Of a DNA stretch of 64,000 nt, positions 56,110 through 64,000 are shown piece by piece. Where the stretch lies: assembly GCA_026936335.1 (NCBI GenBank), contig JAPMXV010000009.1, forward strand, positions 250,493 to 314,492, in the 5' to 3' direction. The translations under genes and the position numbers were made by a program. Every line of letters starts with the position of its first letter. Within the stretch, counting starts at the first letter, position 1. The stretch is from Mantamonas sphyraenae STR306 (lineage: Eukaryota; Protista; CRuMs). The notes beneath the pieces were generated by a model that was given only the letters and a program-made list of their open reading frames with translations, did not search any database and was not told the DNA's origin.

Positions 56110-56661
56110 TTACTTTTTGGTGAGGCGTCGTCGGCCTGTGCCTCGCCCAGGCGGACGCGGTTTGTTGAACTTTGGTTTTTCTGTTGAGACGGAGGCCTCT
56201 TGGTTGCGCTCTGTGTCACGGTCACGACCTGCGTCGTAGTTTGCGCCACTGGCCTTTTTCACGGTGGCATTGATGGCGTCGCTGGCAAGGTCCTCGAGGT
56301 CAGAGGCCTGCAGCTCGACGTGAAACTTGCCCGAGATGGGGCCTGTGACACTGGCCGAAGCGGAGGTGGCCTTTGCCTTGGCCATGGTGGGAGCGGCGTC
56401 GGGGATCCAGGCAATCCAGACATACTTCCAGCGCACAGCCTCCTTGTCGTCTTCCTGGCGCAGGCGGAGGTAGGCGCAGCGGACCTCGTCGGCTGGGAGA
56501 GCCTCGGTGAGGGCCACGAGGCCGCCCTCTCCTTGTGTCTCTGGGACAAGGAGCTCCAGGTTGTCGCTGTCCTGGGCAAAGGTGGCCCAGTCGACGGAGC
56601 CCTGCTCGTCACGGACGGCCTCGATGGAGTCGGAAATGTCTTGAGCGAGGGAGGAGGACAT
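56110..56661 (-). CDS. ADF-H domain protein, coactosin-like
   Basis: AVRD....DWA, GEGGLVALTEAL, KYVWIAWIP, FHVELQAS, VKKASGANYD. The true start is the ATG at 56661; the longer ORF is antisense shadow of the neighbouring gene. Confidence 0.85.
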   Translation of the reverse strand: MSSSLAQDISDSIEAVRDEQGSVDWATFAQDSDNLELLVPETQGEGGLVALTEALPADEVRCAYLRLRQEDDKEAVRWKYVWIAWIPDAAPTMAKAKATSASASVTGPISGKFHVELQASDLEDLASDAINATVKKASGANYDAGRDRDTERNQEASVSTEKPKFNKPRPPGRGTGRRRLTKK

Positions 56662-56709
56662 TTGCAGTGGGCGAGGGCGAGCAGGGAGCCAACGGGATCC
56701 CAGACGAGA

Positions 56710-58452
56710 ATGCGCTTTGCGGTTGTGCTGTTGGGAGTGGTGCTGTGTGTAGCAGTTGCTCTCGGGGCAGGAGACACGGGCCGGCAAATGCAGGAGGTGG
56801 CTGAGGCTGTGCGTGCGCAGCCAAAGGCCGGCGAGGTAGCCGGGAGGCTCTTTGGCGTGCTGGTGGGCGAGGTGGAGGACAGTGCACAGGTGGAAGAGAG
56901 CGACAAGAACGACGCTTTTGTGTCTGTGCTTCACGACACTCTGGACGCAGTGGGGCGACTGATGCGCATGGGCAAGCGGCGGGCGGAAGGAGGCAGCGCC
57001 GAAGGGAAAGCCAAGGTGCTGCGCTCTCGGCCGGCGTACTACGAGGTGAGCGAGGAGAATGAGGCGGCAGAGGTAGCACGTCAGCGGGAAGAGCAAAAGG
57101 CGCATCATCATAAGCGGGAGGCGGTGGAGTTGGCCCGGATGATGGTGCCGGAAGACGGTGCCGAGCCGAAAGAGGAGACTTTTGCTCCGGCGTGCCATCT
57201 CGACGCTGAACCGTGTCCAGACGCGCTGTTTCGGCTGTACTGCACGGTGATTGGGTACGGGAAGCTGGTGGAAATCAAGTCGAACGTGACGATTTGCAGC
57301 CCGGCGGGAGTGAACTGCACCTTGCCTGCGAACTGCACGCTGCAGGACGCGCTGAGCGGCACGGGAGGGAATGGAACGAACTGTTCGCTGCCTGCTGGTT
57401 GCCAGGCAGTGAACGGAACGTCGGGAGGGAGCAGCGGAGGGAGCAGCGGAGGGAGCAGCGGAGGGAGCAGCGGCAGCTGGAATGTGACGGATTGCAACAC
57501 TGTGAACGGGACGACCGTGTGCAAGAACTGCAGCGCAGGCATGAACGGAACGCTTGTGTGCAGCAACGTGACAGTGAATTGCAGCACAGTAGGCAACGGG
57601 ACAACTGTGTGCAGCCACAACAGCACGACGGGAGGAAACAACGCCACGGAGCTTGTGTGTCGGGTACAGACGCTGGTGTCTCTGGAGTGCGACTGCCCGA
57701 TTGGGTTTGAGGGTCGCTATTGCACATATCTGCGTCCGTTCCAGTGCCAGCTGCAGCGAAGGGCGCCGATGCGGCAGTGCGAGACGCGGTCGACGGCAAA
57801 CAACAACCACCTGCTGGACACGGATCCACGATGCGTGCAGGTGGACGACGGGGCGCAGTTGACTGTGGCGCACACATTGAACTGCACATACCTGCAGCGC
57901 ACGCGAGAGACGGTGACGGGCAAGGCGACCCACACACCGACAGCGACTCAGCGCGGCAACGAGTTTGCCTTTTACTCGTCCAGCCTGACACCGTTGCCTG
58001 TGTTCCAGTGGAAGTTTTTCAACTTTTTCGCGCTTGGGGACGAGCGAGGCGTGACGACGTCGCGTCTGACGGCGAGGCAGTTTGTGGGACTGGATCCGAT
58101 TGAAACGCAGGTGGATCTGGGCGCGCTGCCAGCCGAGTTTTACGCAGGGGGCAGGTTGTACATGGAGTCTGGGCTGCAACGGCGAGCGTACTACCGTGAG
58201 TCGTCGCTGACGGCGAGCACCAATGTATTCTACAGCGCGGGCTGGGACGGTGTGTTTGTGGACACAAAGACGGGGAGCGGGCGCGGGCAAGTGTACCGCC
58301 GGGAAGTGGTGTTTGTGGTGCCCACATGGGTGTGGGTGGCCCTGGGAGTGATTGTGTTTGCATCTGCGTTGCTGTGGCAGCGGTGGAAGGTGCGTCGAGA
58401 GCGGGAGGAGCGAAAAGAGGTGGACAGGCGGATGCGCAAAGAGGCCGAGTGA
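56710..58452 (+). CDS. Type I membrane glycoprotein with Cys/Asn-rich region and EGF-like motif
   Basis: Signal peptide MRFAVVLLGVVLCVAVALG; CDCPIGFEGRYC; C-terminal TM WVWVALGVIVFASALLW followed by a basic tail. Confidence 0.75.
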   Translation: MRFAVVLLGVVLCVAVALGAGDTGRQMQEVAEAVRAQPKAGEVAGRLFGVLVGEVEDSAQVEESDKNDAFVSVLHDTLDAVGRLMRMGKRRAEGGSAEGKAKVLRSRPAYYEVSEENEAAEVARQREEQKAHHHKREAVELARMMVPEDGAEPKEETFAPACHLDAEPCPDALFRLYCTVIGYGKLVEIKSNVTICSPAGVNCTLPANCTLQDALSGTGGNGTNCSLPAGCQAVNGTSGGSSGGSSGGSSGGSSGSWNVTDCNTVNGTTVCKNCSAGMNGTLVCSNVTVNCSTVGNGTTVCSHNSTTGGNNATELVCRVQTLVSLECDCPIGFEGRYCTYLRPFQCQLQRRAPMRQCETRSTANNNHLLDTDPRCVQVDDGAQLTVAHTLNCTYLQRTRETVTGKATHTPTATQRGNEFAFYSSSLTPLPVFQWKFFNFFALGDERGVTTSRLTARQFVGLDPIETQVDLGALPAEFYAGGRLYMESGLQRRAYYRESSLTASTNVFYSAGWDGVFVDTKTGSGRGQVYRREVVFVVPTWVWVALGVIVFASALLWQRWKVRREREERKEVDRRMRKEAE

Positions 58453-58494
58453 AGGAGGGGGGGCGAAAGGGAAACAAGGATGGATTGATTTGTC

Positions 58495-60080
58495 CTAGAC
58501 GCTGAGAGCCTCGACGCTGGTGCTGCCAAGGGCATCCTTGTACGTTTCCAGGATGGGGTCGACGTCGTCGGCAACAAACTCGTCGACCTGCTGGGGCGCA
58601 CGGCCAACAAATTTGGAGGCATCGAGAATGTCGTCGAGGTGGTCGTGGACTGCGGCAAAGGCGTCGTCGCCGCGGATGCGATCGAGGAGGTCGTTGTCGC
58701 CTCCCTGCTCCTTGACAACCTTTGCAGCTTTCATGGAGTGAACACGGATGAGTTCGTGCAGCTCCTGGCGATCGCCTCCGGCCTTGACACATGCCATGAG
58801 GATGTTTTCGGTGGCCATAAAGGGCAGCTCGGCCTGGATGTGCTTGTCGATGACCTTGGGATAGACAGCGAGGCCGTCGAGGACGTTGCAGAGGGTGCCG
58901 AGGACGACATCGATGCCGAGGAAGGCCTGGGGCAGGACCATGCGGCGGTTGGCACTGTCGTCGAGGGTGCGCTCGAGCCACTGGTTGCTGTGGGTCTGTT
59001 GGGTGTTGTCGACGAGAGACATGACATAGCGGGCGAGACTGCAGATGCGCTCAGAGCGCATGGGGTTGCGCTTGTAGGCCATGGCACTGGAGCCGATTTG
59101 GGACTTGCCAAACGGCTCCTCGATCTCCTTCATGTGTTGCAGGAGACGGATGTCGCCGCACAGCTTGTAGGCGCTTTGGGCAATGCCGCAGAGGACAGCG
59201 AGGACTTTGTAGTCGAGCTTGCGGGTATAGGTCTGGCCAGTGACGGAGAGAGTGGACTTGAAGCCGAGCTGTGGGGGGTCGGGGCTGGTTTGAGCAAACG
59301 CGACGAGACAAGTGAAAATTGAGGGAAAAGGGCGAAAAGGAAAGGGGGTGGGAGACGTACGAGTTCGGCAAAGCGGGCATCCAGCTTCTTGACGGCGTCG
59401 TGATCGTTGTTGAGAAGCTCGAGGTAGGAGGCCTGGGTGCCGGTGGTGCCCTTGACGCCGCGGAGGGGGAGGGTGTCGATGAGGTGGAGGACGTCGTCGA
59501 GGTCGAGAAGGAGATCCTGACACCACAGGGTGGCCCGTTTGCCAACCGTGGTGAGCTGGGCAGGCTGCAGATGGGTGAAGCCAAGGGTGGGCAGGTCCTT
59601 GTACTCGAGGGCAAAGTCGCGAAGCAGAGAGATGGCCTTGAGGAGTTTGTTGCGGACAAGCTTGAGGCCCTGGTGCATCTGGACGAGAGTGCTGTTCTCT
59701 TGGACAAAGGCACTGGTTGCGCCGAGGTGGATGACGCCCTTGGCACCAGGCACAGTGAGCTGCAAGCCAAAGGCGTGGACGTGGGCCATGACGTCGTGGC
59801 GGACTTCCTTCTCCTTTTCCTCGGCTTCACGGAAGTTGATGTCGTCTGCATGAGCCTCCATGTCGTCGATCATCTCCTGGGTGATCTGTTCGATGCCGGC
59901 TTCCATCTCTACGGTGGCCAGGGTGATCCACATGCGGCGCCACAGTGAAAAGGTGTTTTGAGGAGAAAACACATAGCTCATCTCCTTGGAGCTGTAGCGG
60001 GAGACGAGTGGGTTCTCGTAGGTGATGCGCGAGTCACTGGAGTCGAGGTCTGCGGACGAGGCGGATGAAGAGGAGGCCAT
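58495..60080 (-). CDS. ADSL: Adenylosuccinate lyase; 2 exons
   Basis: Exons 60080-59361 and 59268-58495. Motifs [60 protein letters not shown]. Confidence 0.96.
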
Positions 60081-60148
60081 GGGAGAGTTTGGGTGGTGAC
60101 GTGCGCGGCGCTGCGCAAGGCGAGGCACGGGATCAAGAAAGAGGGAGC

Positions 60149-60764
60149 ATGAGTGAAGAGGCACAAGACGAGTTGCAGCATGTGACCAACGCAGAGGCGT
60201 ACGCGTTTCTGCAGCACTCGCATGAGGAGCGTGTGAAACGGTACCAGCGCCGAGGACTGGCGCCAAAGCGGGCGAAGCGGAACCTGCAGAACGTGGACTA
60301 CGCGGCGGAACTGGCGCTGTCGTACACGGAAACGCTGGAAGCGTGTGACGGGGACGCACCAAGCGTGCGCGTAGAGGCGTTCTTGGCAGCACTGGCGAAG
60401 GAGGGGCTGGATGAGGAGCTGACGTCGGAGGACCGGCTGCAGCTGGTAAACTACAGGCCACAGAACGTGACGGAGCTGGGGGTGTTGCTGCCGCATGTGA
60501 AGCGAACCCACGGGGACGGTCGGATGCAGCGGATTGTGGCGTTGGTGGTGGAGATTCTGCATCCGGCGCCGCCAACGAGGGGCGACGAGGGGGAGAGTGA
60601 TGAGGAGGAGGAGGAAGGGGAGGAGGAGGAAGAGGAGGGAGCGGAAGGGGAGGGGGGGAGTGGTGATGAGGACGAGGATGATGGGATGGTCGTGGAGGAG
60701 ACGGAACTTGTCAGCGAAGATGGGAAAGGTGGGGGATGTGGTCGGTGAGGACGATGAGGGGTAG
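60149..60764 (+). CDS. CRCP: RNA polymerase III subunit RPC9/C17 (Rpb4-family) with acidic tail
   Basis: VTNAEAYAFL...NLQNV and LTSEDRLQLVNYRPQNVTEL. As written it stops at 60748. The duplicate copy has one G fewer, which would give DVVGEDDEG* ending at 60764. Confidence 0.7.
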
Positions 60765-61169
60765 AGAGAGGAGAGTGAGATAGGGAGGGGGTAATGAAGG
60801 TTCATTCGAGGCGCTGGCGTTTGGAGGAGGAGGTGGAGGAGGAGGAGGAGGAGGAGGAGGAGGAAGGGTCTTTGCGCTTGGGGAGAGTGATGAGGAGGAG
60901 GAGGAAGGGGAGGAGGAGGAAGAGGAGGGAGCGGAAGGGGAGGGGGGGAGTGGTGATGAGGACGAGGATGATGGGATGGTCGTGGAGGAGACGGAACTTG
61001 TCAGCGAAGATGGGAAAGGTGGGGATGTGGTCGGTGAGGACGATGAGGGGTAGAGAGAGGAGAGTGAGATAGGGAGGGGGTAATGAAGGTTCATTCGAGG
61101 CGCTGGCGTTTGGAGGAGGAGGTGGAGGAGGAGGAGGAGGAGGAGGAGGAGGAAGGGTCTTTGCGCTTG
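60591..61169. repeat. Near-perfect 290-bp tandem duplication
   Basis: 60591-60880 matches 60881-61169 except for one G in a G-run. GGGGAG microhomology lies at the junctions. Confidence 0.92.
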
Positions 61170-63151
61170 GGGAGGGTGAATGAGGGGATGGGGTAGGCGT
61201 CGACGAGTGCGACTGTGGTGGGGCGGGTGGTGATGTGGGGTGTGATGCGGTCGATGAGGGTGTGGAGGAGGGTGTGCAGTGTGGCGTCGCTGGGTTTGCG
61301 GTTGTCGAGCCAGGCGATCTTGAGGGAGAGGGAGGTGACGCCGCGGGTGAGAGTGACGCTGATGGCATTTTTCACCTGCTGGTAGGTGAGGTGTGGCCTG
61401 AGGAGGCGGACAAAGAAGGCCAGGTCGACAGGGGGCACGCCAATGTTGCCCAGCGCCAGGATGATGTGTCGCAGCAGGGACTTCAGGTTGCCGTTGTTGA
61501 TCAGCTCACGCAGTGCCTGGTGCTCGTGTGCGTGCTGATGGCGAGGGTGCTTGGCTGCGCGTGCCTTCATGTGTGCCAGGAGCGTCTGGAACTCCCGCGC
61601 CGTGCAGCTGCCTCGCTCATCGCTGGGAGAGGCTTTGCTCCAGCCAGTGCGCACAGACACCGTATGCCACTTGTCCACATTGGTGGTGGTGAGGTGGTGG
61701 TCGTAGTCGCATTGTGTCCAGTGTGGGTCGCTGTCGTTGTCAGCAGGGCGTCGTGCTTCCTGCAGCCACAGCTTGGTTTGCTCGTGCTCCTTCCAGGTGC
61801 TGGGATGTGTTCTGTTGCCGAGAGTGTCCATCTCTGTCATGAGAAGGTGGAGAAGGGCGTAGTTGGGGTCGCCGTGGTCGTGCGGCTCCTCCAGCCAGCA
61901 CACCTTCAACCCAGCCTTTGTCACACCCATGGCCAGACCAGCGTGGGCAATGGCAAATCTGCACGCCTGTTGATCAATGTCACGGCCGAGAAGGGTGAGA
62001 CAGAAGGCCATGTCGACCTTGGAAAAGGGAATGTTGCCCAGAGCGAGCTGAATCTGTCGGATCAGCGTGATCGTGGTGCCATGGCAGACCACCACACGCG
62101 CATGCAGGGTCATGAGGTCAGGGAGGTCAACGATGGGATGCTCGATGGCCAGAGTGTGCATGTGGTTCAGCAGTGCCGTGTGCTCCTTCTTGTTGCTGTG
62201 GCTGCGCTCTTCACTGCGCCAGTTCTGCGACCACCCTTTGCGCACAACACCATCTGGCAACTTTTTCGTCTTGTCCACGCCTGCTTTCCTCCGTGCGCCG
62301 TTGTCTCCGTTCTTGGCCCTCCTTGCCCGTGTGCTCGACGTTCCTGTCTCTGTGCCACTGCCAGCCGTGACCCTGAGCCTGCGCTGTCCGCTGCCATTCT
62401 TCGTTTGTGGACCAGTACGGCGGCTGCTGTGGCCTCCTCTTGTGCGCCTCGGCTGCCATTCGTCCGTGCCCTCCTGCTCCATGTCGTCTGCGTCGTCGTC
62501 GCTGTCATCTTGCGGCATGTACTCCTCATCCATGTCATCGTCTGTGTCTGCAAAGCTGAGTGCGCCCTGAGTTTCCAACTCGTCATCCACGTGCTGCTGG
62601 GTTGCGTCGTTTGCCCAGCCGTCTTCTTCGTACGCCTCCATCCCTGAGCTGGTCATCCACTCTGAGTTGCTGGACATTGACCGTGGTTCACGGTGGCCAA
62701 AGTTCAGGAACATCAGGTCCTCCACGTCGCCGGTGTCATGTGTGTGTGTGTCCTGGTCTGCGTCGTCGTCGTCGCTGTCTTCAGTCTGCCGTGTGGCCTG
62801 GTGGGAGGACGACGACGATGTGGTGGTGGATGTGGTGCGTGTGATGCCGACAAAGGCAGGGCTGATGCGTTTGGGGACGCGGTTGTGGTTTGTGGAGGGT
62901 TGAGCAGGCGGAGGGTGCAACGGAGCCTGAGCAAAGTGCATCTGGGCGGTTTGTCGCGGCTGAGGAGGCGGCGGAGGAGGGTAGGCGTAGTATGGATGGC
63001 CCTGGTGAGGATATGCGTGGTGCTGCTGGGGATGGGTGTTGACAGGGACCCAGATGATGGGAGGTTGTGGGTGCTGGTACGGGTTTTGTACGCCAGAGAC
63101 GGGCAGCATGTTCGGAAACGGCTGGTCAGCCATGGGAGGGACTATGTACAT
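61091..63151 (-). CDS. Telomere-proximal protein of unknown function with two copies of a novel domain of about 197 aa
   Basis: Long open frame with the start probably at ATG 63151 or 63133. Pro/Gln-rich and acidic N-terminus. Duplicated motifs R[KT]GWS, LALGNI...VD[ML]AF and GVT...LK[VI].WL. Confidence 0.65.
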   Translation of the reverse strand: MYIVPPMADQPFPNMLPVSGVQNPYQHPQPPIIWVPVNTHPQQHHAYPHQGHPYYAYPPPPPPQPRQTAQMHFAQAPLHPPPAQPSTNHNRVPKRISPAFVGITRTTSTTTSSSSSHQATRQTEDSDDDDADQDTHTHDTGDVEDLMFLNFGHREPRSMSSNSEWMTSSGMEAYEEDGWANDATQQHVDDELETQGALSFADTDDDMDEEYMPQDDSDDDADDMEQEGTDEWQPRRTRGGHSSRRTGPQTKNGSGQRRLRVTAGSGTETGTSSTRARRAKNGDNGARRKAGVDKTKKLPDGVVRKGWSQNWRSEERSHSNKKEHTALLNHMHTLAIEHPIVDLPDLMTLHARVVVCHGTTITLIRQIQLALGNIPFSKVDMAFCLTLLGRDIDQQACRFAIAHAGLAMGVTKAGLKVCWLEEPHDHGDPNYALLHLLMTEMDTLGNRTHPSTWKEHEQTKLWLQEARRPADNDSDPHWTQCDYDHHLTTTNVDKWHTVSVRTGWSKASPSDERGSCTAREFQTLLAHMKARAAKHPRHQHAHEHQALRELINNGNLKSLLRHIILALGNIGVPPVDLAFFVRLLRPHLTYQQVKNAISVTLTRGVTSLSLKIAWLDNRKPSDATLHTLLHTLIDRITPHITTRPTTVALVDAYPIPSFTLPKRKDPSSSSSSSSSSTSSSKRQRLE

Positions 63152-63819
63152 GTAGCTGTGGGGGAGACGGGGAGGGGCAACGCGGGGTGGCAACGGTGAG
63201 CGGAAGGCGGAATGGACGCCGTCAGGGCAGGAGCGGGGGTGAAGGGAGGCTGGAACGAGCAAAGAGGGAAAACGGAGGTGATTGGCAGACCGGGAAACTG
63301 GCAACGGAGAGGGCAGTGACAGCGAGACGGAATCGGAGAAGAGCGGTGAAGGCAGCAGCGGTGGTGATGGGGAAGGGGAGATGAAGGGGAGGAGTGTAGG
63401 GAGGCGACGGAGGCATGGAGGGGGCAAGGAAGCGGGAGAAGCGGGCAGTCAGAAAACGGAGTGGAAGGCAGAACGCACGCTGGGTAGGTGTTGGCTGTGT
63501 GTTGTTGCTTCGGAGTGCTTGAGTAGTCTTTGTCCATGGTGGTGGCGGTGGAACTGGAGTGTGTGTGGAATGTGTTGGACTGGTGGAGGGTGTTGTGGGT
63601 GTTGGTGATATTTTGGTTGAAGACGGATGGGCAGTGCTGACTGCGTGGCGCTGCAAGACAAGAGCCACTCACAAGCGACAATTCCACTCACACCCAATGC
63701 CCACTGCCCCATGTCACCACCGAACTCATCCACCCTGCCAACTGACACAAGCACAACTCACACGACATAGACCGGACAAATCACATCTCAATAAAATATC
63801 AACATATAGGGTTGATAGT

Positions 63820-64000
63820 TTAGGGTTAGGGTTAGGGTTAGGGTTAGGGTTAGGGTTAGGGTTAGGGTTAGGGTTAGGGTTAGGGTTAGGGTTAGGTTAG
63901 GGTTAGGGTTAGGTTAGGGTTAGGGTTAGGGTTAGGGTTAGGGTTAGGGTTAGGGTTAGGGTTAGTTAGGTTAGGGTTAGGGTTAGGGTTAGGGTTAGGG
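63820..64000 (+). repeat. Telomeric (TTAGGG)n array
   Basis: About 30 tandem TTAGGG units with a few TTAGG/TTAG variants. The G-strand runs 5'->3' toward the window end. Confidence 0.98.

Noticed and set aside
60591-61169. LTR, CRISPR or transposon interpretation of the duplication
   Set aside because: Directly abutting copies with no spacer, internal ORF or terminal repeats.
1-64000. Alternative genetic code or stop readthrough
   Set aside because: TAA, TAG and TGA all end conserved proteins at expected positions; apparent internal stops are explained by introns.

Overview
Gene-dense, intron-containing, GC-rich end of a chromosome from a flagellated microbial eukaryote, ending in a (TTAGGG)n telomere at about 63820-64000. 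I reconstruct about 25 protein-coding genes, most of them spliced, so the ORF track shows them only in pieces. Recognisable genes: ALA2-type P4-ATPase, axonemal outer-arm dynein heavy chain, Acinus-like protein, UMP1/POMP, AGC kinase, RPS21, PF20/SPAG16, giant Sfi1-repeat protein, PH-PAK kinase, F-BAR/SH3 protein, LAMTOR3, cyclophilin B, MsrA, coactosin-like protein, adenylosuccinate lyase and RPC9. The most unusual items are: (1) a spliced receiver + three-HPt phosphorelay protein lying co-directionally behind a 4-TM protein and a secreted KR-processed 6-Cys peptide precursor; (2) an IQ-containing kinesin-fold protein, absent from the ORF track, with all nucleotide-binding motifs degenerate; (3) a transcription-independent GC-skew switch inside the dynein gene; (4) an F-box fused to TMEM185-like membrane repeats; (5) eight head-to-head gene pairs only 35-180 bp apart; (6) an RPS21 gene with a split ATG, a 14-nt exon and a GC-AG intron. 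Family assignments come from recalled motifs; no database search was run. No rRNA, tRNA, CRISPR array or transposon was recognised.
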